A DNA stretch of 63,874 bases, filler included, from Klebsormidium nitens (lineage: Eukaryota > Plantae > Klebsormidiophyceae): the NCBI GenBank assembly GCA_000708835.1. It is 5 parts of 5 records of this genome, joined end to end, with 100 filler letters (N's around TTAATTAATTAA, not from the genome) between each part and the next. Parts side by side here need not be neighbours in the genome. Positions count along the whole stretch, not along the records: positions 1 to 24,999 come from DF237845.1; positions 25,100 to 52,465 come from DF237815.1; 3 more parts are not named here. One strand, given 5' to 3'. Position 1 is the stretch's first letter. Each line of letters starts with the position of its first letter. Positions 24,395-37,246 of this stretch are shown one piece after another. The notes under the pieces were generated by a model, which was not told where the DNA came from, did not search any database, and saw only the letters and a program-made list of their open reading frames with translations. The position numbers and the translations under genes are program-made.

Positions 24395-25315
24395 CTGCAA
24401 TGAGATGAGGCAAAGGCTATAAGCTCTCTAAAGGTCTGCTAACTTTTGGATCATCGTGAACATGGAAGCATGTCAAGAAGTGAACAGCCCATCTGAGTGA
24501 GAATATGGAAGCCTGTTGGAATCTGAAGTGCCCGTCTTATTATGAACATGGGATTGACCCTGCTGATTCTCTGAATATTGCATATCAGAAATGTGACATG
24601 GCAAGAAGCTGCATTGTGAACAGATAGCCCGACTCAAATCTCTGAGAGCAGGTGCTTAGACCGGCGTACGTACCATATTGAGTGCAAGCCCAAATGTCAG
24701 CAGAAAAGGCAAAAGAGCGGAGAGGCCTCAGTTCATAACATTTTTGAGTAGGATGCTTCAGAAGGAATCCAGACACTCAGCGCTCTCGAAGGTATGCCTG
24801 CCCTGAAGTTTTGTAGCCGCAAGCACACAGCAGAAAACACTCGGTCACACATCGTCTTCTGGACAATTCACAGAGAGTGCTCTCAATCACAGACGTGTGA
24901 GAACGATTCTCAGCTAGAGATCAAAGAAAAAATATCTCCGTTGCCTCATGGCACTTAATGCACTTCCCAATTTGAGGACCCACCAGCTCTTAGGTTGCGN
25001 NNNNNNNNNNNNNNNNNNNNNNNNNNNNNNNNNNNNNNNNNNNTTAATTAATTAANNNNNNNNNNNNNNNNNNNNNNNNNNNNNNNNNNNNNNNNNNNNA
25101 TGATGACACAAAGTTCCCTAAAACACTCATGAGTACTGTTCATTCAAGTTACGTATCACAGAGAGGGGTCCGGTGAAGCCGCATTGATGGAATCGAGCAT
25201 CGATCTGCCAACAAGCATCGATCTTACAGAAACTCGCGATCTTACAGAAACTTACATGAGCTGTTGTGGTGATACCCCTTGCTGACTCAGCATCGGATAC
25301 CCCCTGTTATTGCAG

Positions 25316-28300
25316 GATGAACATCCAGGACGACTTTTTGGTATCAGAAAGGCGGCACTTGAAAAAGCGAAGGCAGTGCCAGCAAACATCATCACCTTGG
25401 ATGCAGATGACGACCAGAGGTAAGGTTACCAACAGAATTGTTGTTTTCTTATTCGCTCACATCATTGTGTACTCTGTAGAAGCCACTTACCACGCTCAAT
25501 ACAGGTGATTCTTGACACTGATAATATTCGGGTGTTCAGGGGTGTTCAGTTCAACGATAACGAAATGTGTTTTCCATCAACATCCTCTATCATTGCTACA
25601 TCTTCTGCTGGGGCAGTACTCGTGGATCTGAATATAGTGTGCTTATTTCTGTCTGTCTCTTGAAGATCGGGCTTGGTGTAAGACGCATGTGAACCTGCTG
25701 TTTCCAAAAGACACACAGTTGCATCTACGTCGGGGCTGAATACACCCAGGTAAGATCAAGTGAAGATCTGTTGGACTAGAAGGTTAGCGTAGGAGCGATA
25801 AGTGTTCTTGGCCCCTGGGTTTGATGATTCAGAGGCATTGAGCAAACGAGAGCAAACGAGATACACTACGATTTGTTTCGTTGACACCATTCACTGTGCT
25901 TCTAGGTGTGCTTCTAGGGAGACTAGCATCAACGCAACATGCTCTGCGTACAGCCTGGGAAGATGTGCTTCGAAATGAGCATGCAGTGCGGTAAGATCCT
26001 CTTCTCTTGTAAATGCTACAAAGAGTTCTCGGGAGTTCTTGAGAGCACTATTTCACATGCACTATTTCTCTTGCGTGGTACGTTCTCAATGAATTGCCAC
26101 ACAATCATCGGTTGACTCTGTCCAGTGATTAGTTGTTGGCTTATGCGTTAGTTTTTTGGATGGCAACAGAGCATTCACAACGTTTGTAAAGTTTTCACAT
26201 GCAACTTCATGTATGTCCAGGGAAATCAGTCTCGGCGGGCTTAACCGAGTGTTAAGATTGAAGGACCCGAATCTAAGTGTCAAGTCAGATCAGCAACTTG
26301 ACCTTTTGGTTTCGGTAAGTTCGAACTGAGATCAACACCTTAAACTCATGTTGGATCCTACTATGTATGTATGTCGCACTAGGTGATCGAGTTTGAAAAA
26401 ACCGCCTTTCCTAGATTGCTCGTCACTTATCCAGATTGGCCTTAGCTTGGTCATATGCGAATAGGGTCATCTGGACTACTTGTCATCGTTTGCTCATATT
26501 TACTTGGTATGGCCTGGCAGGTGTGCAAAAAGACATCGTATCTAAGTGCAACCGAACAAGTTCTTTTTGATGTGCAATCGAGGTAAGTGGGACCTTACAA
26601 TATGTTCAATGGATCGAGTGAGTTGATGCAGTCTTGCTAAAAGCCAAGCGTCGACAAACTCATTTGAAATTATAGGTCGGAATGTTTGCCGCTTTGCTGA
26701 CAAAGTGCTAGTTTGACTTTTTGACAGATGTCCGGATGCTTATGACACCAAAGAGATGGGAGAAATCACAAAGCTGTGCAATGATGCAAGGTAAACGGAC
26801 CTTAAGCCCGACTGTGACCAAAAGGACTGTGACCAAATGGACATCAGAAGAATCGACGAGCCGGCTTCACATGTTGAATATAACCCTTGGAAGGGTGCAG
26901 ACCAGCCCTGGGATTTTTTATCTACCTTTGTGTTAGTATTGGGCCGCCGTCGAACTTGGAAATCCTGTTTTTCCTCATTTCGGGAGCTGCTTGAGCAGCA
27001 AATAATGACAAGTGTAAACATCTTAACTGTCTTTTCCGTCTTTTCCAGGGCGGCCAAGCAGGCCACACAAACGTCCCTGCTGCAAACAGAGGACGAGCTT
27101 CGCTTGCTAGGTGCAAGGCTTGAGAGCCAGAAGACGTTGTGCGCTCGGCTCGAGCAGGAAATCGAGTCGCACAACAAAACAAGCGAGCTTTTGGAGGACA
27201 GGCGATTTGAAATCCAGGTCAAGACGGGTGAGAACTGTTGGTCCACGTAAAATATGCCTGCAGGTGTTGAAGTATTGTCTCAGTTTACTGCGCTTGTCTG
27301 GGGTCGTTGTAAGGCACGAACGATGTACCAACGTGGTCTCGTTGCCTCCTTCTAGAGACTAGAGTGCACCTGCTTCCTTCTACAGTGCACCCTAGAAGGT
27401 TCTTTTCACTGATGTGAGGTCGCAGTTCAAACCGGGGTATCTAGATATCTTCCTAAGAGCATCGTGCTGTGGACACAGACATATGTGACAGATGTGAGCT
27501 GCCTGACGTGAGCTTTCGTTTCATACAGCACTGCATACCTTGGCGGCTTTTACTGCAAGCTCTCAAAGCGTTGGCGCCGTGGCAACTAGCAGCAAAGCTG
27601 AAACAAATGCTTGCCATCCACATCAAGGTCTAGAGGTGAGAAACCGTGTTCGGACAAAGGGCTTCCGGTTGGGCTTGCTGGTGTCACGAAGCATGCTAGC
27701 AATATCACTATTCTGCAACCGGTCGTGAGATTGATGCGGAAAAGGATACGCGCCCCGAAACGGTCTGCCGTATTGTTCACGAACGTTCGTGAAACATTCG
27801 TGTTCGCAGTAGACCTGACTCTGTCAAATTTCCAGTGGTGGCCTTGAGACATTTCTGCGTGTGTCTCTCACAAGAGGAAGCAGAGCGCCCATTTGGACGA
27901 GACTCTGCAAGTTATTCGTCAACAAGCGTCCACTCAAAGCGAAGAGATTAATTATAGTAGCCGTTTTGAAGTCAGGTCGGTTCGTAAAAGTACTTTCGAG
28001 CATTCACATAGCATGTTTTTTTTGCAGGACTTTGTCGAGCCAACAATTCCCGGGGTCCAAGGACGTTCTTCCGTGTTGGCGGACGTCACGAACATGCTCC
28101 CACGCGCCTCCGCTCCTGGTCAAGACGTCCTCCCTCAAACAAGTGACAATCTGGCCATTCCGGTTGAGTCCGACTCCTTGCCACCGGTCGTCAACGTCGG
28201 TGGACGTCGACCGCGCCCGAAGTCTGCCGTTGCCTCACCAAGCCACAAATCCAAAAAACCAAACACTAGCCTAGGCGAACTAGAGCAAGAACGAGAGGAG

Positions 28301-29326
28301 TGCGAGAAGCTAGGTGTTGAATGCGATGGAGCGTTACGCAAGTGCGAGAAAAACGTTGCGCATCATCCAAGAGCAGTCACCCCAAACCCAGGGCCCGCAA
28401 CATGCGAGACCCAACAGCCGCGAGCCAGGCGACCGCCGCCAGCAAGATCAGCGGCGGGGGGAGCGGGAAACGACGCCACGTGGCAGCGGCCCGGGATGAG
28501 AGGCGTCCCCGCAGCCACGAGCGAGNNNNNNNNNNNNNNNNNNNNNNNNNNNNNNNNNNNNNNNNNNNNNNNNNNNNNNNNNNNNNNNNNNNNNNNNNNN
28601 NNNNNNNNNNNNNNNNNNNNNNNNNNNNNNNNNNNNNNNNNNNNNNNNNNNNNNNNNNNNNNNNNNNNNNNNNNNNNNNNNNNNNNNNNNNNNNNNNNNN
28701 NNNNNNNNNNNNNNNNNNNNNNNNNNNNNNNNNNNNNNNNNNNNGGAAGATCAGCAGCGGGGAGAGCAGGAGAAGGTGCCACGTGGCAGCGGGGAGAAGC
28801 GCGCCCGGGACGAGGGCAGTCCAGAGCGGAAGCCTCCAGCGGATGAGAACGATAAGAGGAGGGGCGATGGTACCGAAAGTCAATAAATCTTCTGACAGCT
28901 TCGTGGCAAATGGGTGCGAATTGCAAGAAAAGAAACCCGCCCCTCTAGACTTCTGAACGGATCCTAAGTTGGCCGAGCTCTGTATTGCTACAAGAAACGC
29001 ACGGCAAATTGGCTGGATTGGCTTCTCCTGACAAACTTCTCAAGCGCTAACGTTCTGTCTTTTCACTTCGCCATTACGGGTTTCGTCAAGATAACCAGCC
29101 GGCTCCTATTCACTGTGATTGGTCCCTCCATTGCAGGTGGCTGGCAAAAGCACCCTGACCGACCTCAGCCCCTCCGCTGCTGAGGCCGTCCGTGCGTTAC
29201 AAGAATTGGCGGCCAAGAGGACGGCCACAATGTCCGAGGCGGGCCCGTCGGAGAGCGATGTTAGCGATTACGACGAAGACGAGATAGCTGAACGCTTCAA
29301 GGCGCTTGCGGATCAGTTCGAAAGTA
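25316..29326 (+). CDS. Hypothetical spliced gene with coiled-coil and low-complexity segments; candidate exons 25316-25419, 26728-26790, 27049-27227, 27529-27635, 28028-(28313 or beyond), 29138-~29326; may extend to ~30550
   Basis: The first five exons join in phase through GT-AG sites without stops; no family motif recognised; interrupted by the gap at 28526-28744. Confidence 0.55.
28440..28830. repeat. Imperfect GC-rich tandem repeat on both sides of an N gap
   Basis: AAGATCAGC(G/A)GCGGGG..GCCACGTGGCAGCGG occurs before (about 28444-28490) and after (about 28748-28792) the gap. Confidence 0.65.
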
Positions 29327-31111
29327 AGCTGACCGAGCCATATATACCCGTGGGTGCAGAACCTTATGGACCGGTTGCCATCTTTGTTGCTTGATTGGAT
29401 CCTCCGCGGTGCGCCCTGATTCGGACGGTCGCAAACCGGACGTTGACAAAAATGTCGGCTTTGCTTGAGTACCTAATGATTTTGTCCACTTTGCTACGCT
29501 TGAAATCCAAGATAGCAGTTGAAGTTTGGATCCGCATATGGTATCAAAAGGCCGTAGGCCTGGGCATGGTTGGCTAAAACATTGTGCTTCTTGTGTTTAC
29601 CTCACAGGTGCTGAGAGTGACGTCGGCCGTGCGGTAAAAGCTTCGCAATTCACGTGAGTCAGTGCTTGGGGCTGTCCTCCTAGAATCATATTAACATGTT
29701 CGAAATATCGACCTCAGGTTTTGAAACCACTCGATCTTGCGAATCTGGATTGATTCCAACCGTTATCATGTTGATTCGGTTGGCAATGTGTGCCTAAACT
29801 CTCGTATCGTGTGTGCCCGAAGGTTGGAGAAGTGGTGGATCGGGGAACAGCTGTACCACCTGTACAAAACCCGCAAAACAATGACCGCCAAACGGATGCT
29901 TGTTGACTCAGAATACGGTGAGCAAAGCTGGACTTGGGCTTCGAATCACGGGCCAAAAGGTGATTCAACGGATGCTTTCTGGTTTTGCTTGTTGTCACAT
30001 GCAGCTCGAGTTGGAAAATGCTGACTGTCTCGTCTATTGTGCCGTGATGCCATAAACGGCGAAACCTTTGAGAGCTTCGAATGATAAGGACGGCTACTTT
30101 ATTGTTTTGCAGGGCGACTCTGTGCACAGTTTCTGAAAGTCCCTCTGCATCTCGACTTTTTCTTCCGGAACTCAGTCCAGACTGAAGTCGAGAAGCTGTA
30201 TGGAGACGGTTCCACTGCAGTCTGGTATGTAATGTTCCTTTCTTTCTGCTCAAGTCAATGAGGAAACCAGACAGTGATTGCTTCAATCCTTACTCGGGTT
30301 TACATGCAATCACCTTGCCACGTGCTTCGTGCTTGACAAAAGGGAGGTGAACGTCGTTTTTTTTTGCACCATGGCTTTGAACAGGTTTTCCAATCAGTCT
30401 CGGAATTGAAGTTCCAAGATTATGCATGCAGGCGACAGATTCCAAAGTCTGATTTGATTTATGCATGCAGGCGTGTGTACGAACAGTTCGGCTTGACTGA
30501 CACGGTGGAGTGGTCGAAGGACGAAGTTTCGGTGATGATGTCCTGGGTGAAGGTGAGCATGTCAACTTACCAGATAGCGGGTACACGGTTGCTGAAGTAC
30601 AAGAAGCACCTTGGCCGCATTGCTGTAAATACAAGATTGATAGGAGCTTGAAGCATCTATCTTTGCCGCATCCACGCAGTCGATGCACGAGAAGGCTTAC
30701 CGTGAGTCGTGTACATGATGTGCAGATGTCCGCCGAGCCCGACCCACCAGGGTCAGACTTCATCTGAGTCCGTCAGGGTCAAGTTAGTCACGACTGTATC
30801 ATCCACTCCATGTAACACGATCTTCTCATTTCTAGTGCGTTATGATCAAGTTGAGTTCATACACCAAGTTGCACGACATTTAAGCCACCAGCTCGCGCGG
30901 CGCACAACACCATCACATGTGTCAAAGTGGAATCAACAGCTGATGACTGGATTCCATTGATTCGCGAATTTCTTCATTGCACATGCTTCTATAGATGCTG
31001 AACATTCATGGTCTTGATCGCGAAACACGTTTGTGTTGGAGCCTGAAGCCGAAGTGGTCGAAACGAGTGCATCCTCGATCAATATTCTAGCTAAAGGTAA
31101 AAGCGATCGTA

Positions 31112-33086
31112 TCACAAGCAGTCAGCCCGCATTATACTTGAAAAAGCGTCAGCAACAACAACTTCGATGTCATCCAATGCCCGCCCTATGGTCATCAAGA
31201 GGTGCTTGAACTTGGAGAAGGGCCTCCTCTATCGGATTAAGATCTGCAAGAAGAAAGAGGATCATCAAAGCCGATCACACCAATGTATTGCTACCTATTG
31301 CATATGCATGCATGCGGCAATGACGTTCTGCCAGCTTGGATCAAGGCACTCGAACTCAAGACGTTACCAGTTGACACATTCCTGAGATGCACAGGATGTA
31401 GTGTCTCAATTGGGACAAATTTGCTTTAATTGACGAACTTACCAGGGGAATAACGGGGCAGGAAAATCAAGGTCACGCCAAATTTCTGGAGAATGAACTG
31501 CAAATGGAAAACATCCGAGTTTTCAATACAAACTTTTGAGCGCGAATTCATGCCCCTTATGTACAGAAGTTGAGCAATTCAAGAAAAGCCTAGTCAAAGC
31601 CTACAAAGTGAGTTGAATCACACGTCAATCAAGGCCTGCCATGGGATTGAGCCCTGACATCAAGAGCAGACCCCACAAACAAGCGGGGAATGAGATTGGA
31701 ACAGAAGTTGAAAGCAACAGTGTCGTGCAACCTCTGAAATGTCTAAGAATCAACATAGGAAAAAAGTGCAAGCTGGCCTGTGGCAGATATCACCCACCTC
31801 AACCTCCTCTCGCACCGCATGATGGATGGATGCATTGTCGATGACTAAATGAGTAAACCGCTCCTCCGCAAAGACAGCACTTGAATCAGCAATGAAGGAG
31901 AGCCAATCGTCAGCATTTGCGGCCCCCCGCAAAACCGCGTGTGACTCGATCCGATCGATGGACATCAGTGCGATGACCTGCACACGCAACGCAGAAACCT
32001 GAGTTACTTATGATCATTACTATCTGGACAACCTCCTGGCGGCAAATGTGCAACATTCTTGCTCGCATTGAATGTGCCTGAGCGGCACTGAACAGGCGCG
32101 CTTCCACATCAGAGAAGGCCCCAGAAGGCACCAAGCAGAGTTGAGCTTCCGCTGGACAAGAGGAGAACAAAAAAGGCTTCTCCCTCACTTCGCCGCAAGT
32201 GCCTACCGTGTGATTTGGAGCGTAGCCCCTCCTGACCCAAGCCTCAGACCGCGTGTTCCCCTGAGCCGGACCCCACCCATACCGTCGAGAGCCGCACATA
32301 TAGTTTACACCGGTCTCGTCAGCGAACAGCACAGATTGTGCTGGGATGTTCATCATCTCCGCAATGAAGCGGAGCCTGACGTCCTGGTGTTCTTCAGTGA
32401 GCTGCTGGGGCGCAATGCGCGTCAGCTGCAAACATCCAGGCGATACTCCTGAGCATTCACAAGCCGGCAACTGCACATGTATTCCAACAGAGAGCGGAAA
32501 ATTGACTGTATTCCTCAGTGCTACGACAACCAGCAGAATTTGTGCGCGTCCTTCGAGCTGATCGGCTAGCGGTACATGACTTCATGTGAGGGCAGTGGTA
32601 GCTCACCTTCTTGAAAGACAAACCCAGATCCATCCGGATAGCACGCCATATGGTGGCTTCAGACACGTCGGCGACTGTAACAACTCCCTCCAGATCTTGG
32701 CTCATAAACAGTTGCAATTCCCAGAGATGCAGAGAATTATCCGCCTCCAGCAGGCTTTCTAAGTAGGTCAAATGCCTGAGACCTAGCCTTTCTCCATGTG
32801 TCGTGCCCCGCTCTAAGGGGCCAAGACGCCCATCTTGCATATAAGCATCTATCCAGCGAGAGATGGTTGATCTATGGACCCTGATCCTTCTTGCAATTTC
32901 TTGTGCTGCCCCCCAGGGCCTTTCTACTCCAGCCTGCTGCGCCAGCTCCATATACTCAGCGACCGCTCTCTGCCTCATTTCTGGGTGGTAGCTATTGCCT
33001 GGCGTAAAATCGCCCCCCGCCGCATTCATTCTGGCTGGCTGGATGTATCTGGGGTCCTCACCCCGCAAGCCCCCAGGCCTTGCCAT
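31112..33086 (-). mobile_element. IS630/Tc1-mariner superfamily transposase gene with four introns; exons 33086-32607, 32425-32207, 31977-31798, 31497-31443, 31243-31112; probable frameshift just after the catalytic Glu
   Basis: HTH region (AQEIARRIRVHRSTISRWI), second HTH (VSEATIWRAIR..LGLSFKK), LFADETG, LVIDNASIH and FLPRYSPDLNPIEE; junctions are phase-compatible; TIRs and TA TSD not found. Confidence 0.9.
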
Positions 33087-35479
33087 TTTGGATGTAATCA
33101 GCACCGAGCTTCAACAGAAGCTATGTATATCTTACAGAGCACTCCCTTCTCCCTCCTCCACTAATTTTCCTCCTCTTGCCTTCTGTAAGTTCAAGTTCTG
33201 ACCAATTTGTGCCTGTGGCAGCTAGATCTGCCCCAATCTTCAACTAGGTGGGTGCGCTTTCGATCAAGCTAAAGCATACATGTGAACTTAACCTTTGCGA
33301 ATGGAAAAGCGTTATTGGTCGGAGCCTACCTTAGTTAAAGTTGTCCGGTCGATCCTTGCAATGTTGACGGTTTACGCACCGTTTACGTGGCTGTTCAGTA
33401 ACTAACTTAGTTAATTTTGTACACTAACTAACTAAGTTAGGGTAAGGTTTTCTGTACCTCGTTAGGGGGCTCTTAGTGACTCGATTTCGAGCTCTGCGAT
33501 CTGATTGGCTGCTTGGCGCCACCGCCGCTGCTCGACCGAATCTTAACTGGCGCGATTCTATGAGTGTCAATAATAATGAACATCGCAGACTGGAAATTGG
33601 TGCGTCGCCTGTCGGTCGACCGCTGTAACTCAAACGCTCGGCACCAGAACCAAGTAGCACTGAGCCGCCGGTTCTCGACTGCGGGCAATTTATCTGCGAC
33701 CAGTCGGTGTCAATAATAGGGCAATTTGCAGGCTGTGGGGCTAGTGTTAACTTGGTTGGGCTGATATGCTAATATATAAAGCATGGCACCAAATTTCCAT
33801 TTGTGTCATTTGAAAGTTTTTGCCCGTCAGTCGAGGACCTTTGACACCACGGCTTTATAAATATCTGAATTGTGGACCTTATCCGACGGCCTATACACCA
33901 GGAACATCACATCGACGGCTACTGTGCAGATCTGAGACGAGCTTGCGATTGTTCAGGGCCAGGGCCAGAATCAGTGGCACAAGTTTAACCCAAGGCTACA
34001 GCATTTCCACTGCAGCTTTAGCTCCTCACATTGCAAGCAGGGCGGACAGGGCGCCCTCGATGGGCGGCCTCGCGGGCTTTCCTAGTTTCCTACTCGTCAT
34101 TCCCTACTAGCCTGATATCTTCTATCCTCTTCCCAAATTGTCAAGTGACGGCAGCAACCAGTCCAGCGCGTGGGCTGCCGCCATGGAGTTTCCCCAACAG
34201 CCTATAGCACATTATTTTGCAAGGTGAGATTGCAATATCTGATTTTACGGTCAGCTTATGCAGCATTCTTTCATGCATGAGGCAGCACATCTATTCGCAG
34301 AGGTGCTTTTCAGGCTATCATTCCTCTGATCTATCTCATGTATCCTACCTTTGAGTTAACTTATCTCAGCTTTCTGATGCAGGGCTGGCAAACTGGAGCT
34401 TGCGTACTCCTGTCCCTGCGCTTTGCTCTCTCCATCAGCCTTCTTTGTTGCTTCGCTTCGCTTCGTGGTTACTTCTTCGCTTTCCATCTTTTGGTGAGCA
34501 TTGATGGCGGCCCGCTTTCATTCAAAGCCATTGAAGATTGACAAAAGCAAGTTGTTTGACTCCAATCTCAGCCGATCACGGTGTCGCAGAAATTTCCATT
34601 CATATTTCATTCATATTCTTGGCAGCATTCAAAATCATACGCTTTGAAAGCAAATATTGCTCACTCCTGATTGCCTGGTCCAATCAGCTGCTTCATCCAA
34701 ACCAGCTCAGTTGCATAAAAGGCTCTGCTCCGCTGAGTGTCCCTCAAGATTCTTTTTCTCGATACTTGCCACGGCGCTCGTTGCCGCTACTTTCATTCAT
34801 TCAAAGTCGTTGATTTGTTTAGTTTACTAGCACTCAAGATCTGTTCCATTGCATCATCTGGATCATTGTGCCATCTGTTCCACGTCGTCCATTGATCAAC
34901 TTTCTGACCTTAGGGATTTGGACATAAGTCGCAATTTTTGCCCCGATATCAAAGCTTTTTTCACCAGACATGCGCTATCAGAGACACCTTACTTTCTAAG
35001 TTCCCCAATCGCATGAGCTCTTGCGAACTTTGATGATCTGCGGTTGTTACAGTGTTTACACCGTGCTCAATCATCCAGTTTTCCTTGCAGTAAGCACGTA
35101 CAGCGCATGCCAGTTCTGTGAGCTTCACATGGCGCTGCCCCTTGACGCTCCTTCCTGCGGGTCTTGAAGTTGCTACAAAGCCGTCCCTTGCTGTCTGAGA
35201 GCTACGCTATGCAGCATCCTAATCTCGAGGGTGAGTCTCAAATGCTTCTTGATTCTGCGCGTCTGAATGCTGGTTTCCTTCGAAGCGCATACCCCTTCCG
35301 CGTACCTGCATAGTGTTGAATATGCTGGAGACTGCAAGCCAGGCACTCTGATCTTTCCCGTAAACCAGGTGCTTCTACATAATGTTCGCTCAATCTTACA
35401 ATGAAGGATTTGCGTCTGTCTCAAACCAGCATTTACGCGCCATTTGCCAAGCACAAGCAATACTGTTTGTTTCAACATT

Positions 35480-36732
35480 TGAGAAACCTTCAAACCTTCA
35501 AACCTTCTATGGCACAAGTTCTGAGTTTTGCAGCAATGCTGATCTCCATCTTTCCACGAGTCTCACAGTTAGCACGACGTCCTTGCATAATTCTATTATT
35601 GGCCCACAGCGTAGCATGGTCACGTTGGGAATTTTTGCAGCTTAATACAACTCAAACTTATTCAGTGTGCTCCTTCTTATGCAGTATGCAAGGTGAATCA
35701 TTCATCCAGCTTTCCACCTTTCGGTGCTTTAACTGAGATGGATCGAAGGTGCTTGCCCGTTAAGTGAGATGGTGGTGGCGGACCTAATCAACCTGCTGTG
35801 TTGCTGCCGTCAAATGATGCTCCTTCGCCCTGTTCGCTGATACGCACTTTGGACTGTGCGTCGCATCCCCATAACTCCGCGATCTTCTCTACATGGGTGA
35901 GTCTTCGCTTGTTTTCTCTACTCTTTTGTTCAGGAACTCTTTCCATGGTACATGTTGCTCTCATTCTGCACTATCCTTACCGGATCTGAAGCCTGTCACG
36001 GAGCCTGGCTGTATCTAGCAAAAATCTTGTCCACCCTTGAATGCATATCAATCGTGACGAAACATGGCTGCTTCTACTTGGCAACCCTTTGCAGCAAGAA
36101 AGTGTGGTTGGTCATGAGAACCTCTCCTGAAGTGGGCATTTCAATCTCAAGAGATCTGATGTGGCAGGTCGCAACTCGCGATTGACAGCGGTCGGCACAG
36201 CTTGATGTGAGACCCAATTGAGGGCTTTCTAGATCTTTCCAGCTCTCCAATGATATGTCGCTTCGCTTGGCTTGTTCAAGCTCATCATCTTTATTGACGC
36301 TGGATCCATTGGCTGAACTTTCCTCCCCCTTTGCAGGCGTTCAAGCAATGTGGCGGCGCTGTCCCATCTTATGTTGGTCATTGCGAGTTGTTTCAGGTGT
36401 ACGGTACCCTGGTATCCACAGCGGCGCTGCAATATGTTGCATTCTATCAACGTACTTTGGAAGAACAGTATATGGACATGCTTGCTTTGTGGATCACTCC
36501 AATTGATTTGTGCATCTACTATCACCATAGAACCACTCTCTTCTAGGAATCGATGTGGAGCTACATGCTTTAACAACTTTGCTATGAGATTGGCCGCGGC
36601 ACCACCGTGGTGTACGCTATATGCTATCGCATTCTCGTGTTGTATTGAGCAGCAAAGCTTCAAGACATAAACCGTACGCTTTCGAGAAATTTCATTCTGC
36701 CGCAATATTGCAACGTACATGATGCTTGTCAT
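35480..36732 (-). pseudogene. Probable decayed hAT-type transposase
   Basis: The ORF contains NIRWDSAATLLERL (cf. hAT TRWNSxxxMLxRL) preceded by GAAANLIAK (cf. CxxHxxNLxxK); downstream frames are broken by stops; motif similarity only. Confidence 0.45.
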
Positions 36733-36967
36733 TCAACAATGAAGATGTACCGTTCATCGAATCTGAACAATCTCGGGGCTACAATTTCGTTAATGCAACA
36801 TTATCCAATTTGAATTTAGCTCCAATATTGTGAACGGTTAAAACTCTTCAAAGCATGGCAGTAGGTATTGCATAAGATTTGTACCGTATGTACATGCAAA
36901 CATTTAGGTACACGGGCATGCAAACCTACGTACCTATGTAGTACCTACCAGTATATCAGGCTCGCCT

Positions 36968-37246
36968 AGGCCTATCCTGGACCCGGAGGTCGCAGAGTCG
37001 CGGTTAAAGTCGCGGACGAAAGTCGCGGAAAATCGCGGAAAGTCGCGGAACGTCGCGGAGCATTGCAAGCATCCAAACACAAAACTTGCTTCAAAACATG
37101 TTTTCCAAAAGGTTATAAAGTCGCGGTGAAGGTCGCGAAGTTCGCAGAACAAAGTCGCGGAGTGGTCGCGTAAAGTCGCGCAGAATCGCAGAAAGTCGCG
37201 CAACGTCGCAAGCAACTCTGGCAACCTCCGGGCCCAGGATAGGCCT
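36968..37246. mobile_element. 279-bp MITE-like element with 23-bp TIRs and internal (A)AAGTCGCGG repeats
   Basis: AGGCCTATCCTGGACCCGGAGGT (36968-36990) vs the reverse complement of 37224-37246, one mismatch; more than ten AGTCGC-type units inside; no TSD seen. Confidence 0.75.

Larger units (their letters stand above)
21046..24999 (-). repeat. Right arm of the inverted segmental duplication; runs into an assembly gap at 25000
   Basis: Colinear reverse-complement match to 3290-8713, including SDR introns. Confidence 0.9.

Noticed and set aside
25044-25055. TTAATTAATTAA palindrome (also at 52510-52521, 58803-58814, 61725-61736)
   Set aside because: Always centred in N runs; an assembly spacer giving stops in all six frames, not biological. 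Adjacency across these gaps is therefore uncertain.
25808-25835. Minus-strand ..ASESSNPGP as a second 2A motif
   Set aside because: Spacing is wrong (no E at the ExNPGP position) and the frame is flanked by stops; a chance match
26230-26283. MTLRFGSFNLN resembling the start of a LINE APE endonuclease
   Set aside because: No following QET/DFN motifs or RT sequence; short ORF
28372-28396. Plus-strand ..AVTPNPGP as a 2A motif
   Set aside because: Lacks the conserved (D/G)(V/I)E residues
33402-33438. CTAACTTAGTTA / TAACTAAGTTAG inverted pair as the transposase TIR
   Set aside because: It is a local hairpin with no partner on the other side of the transposase gene
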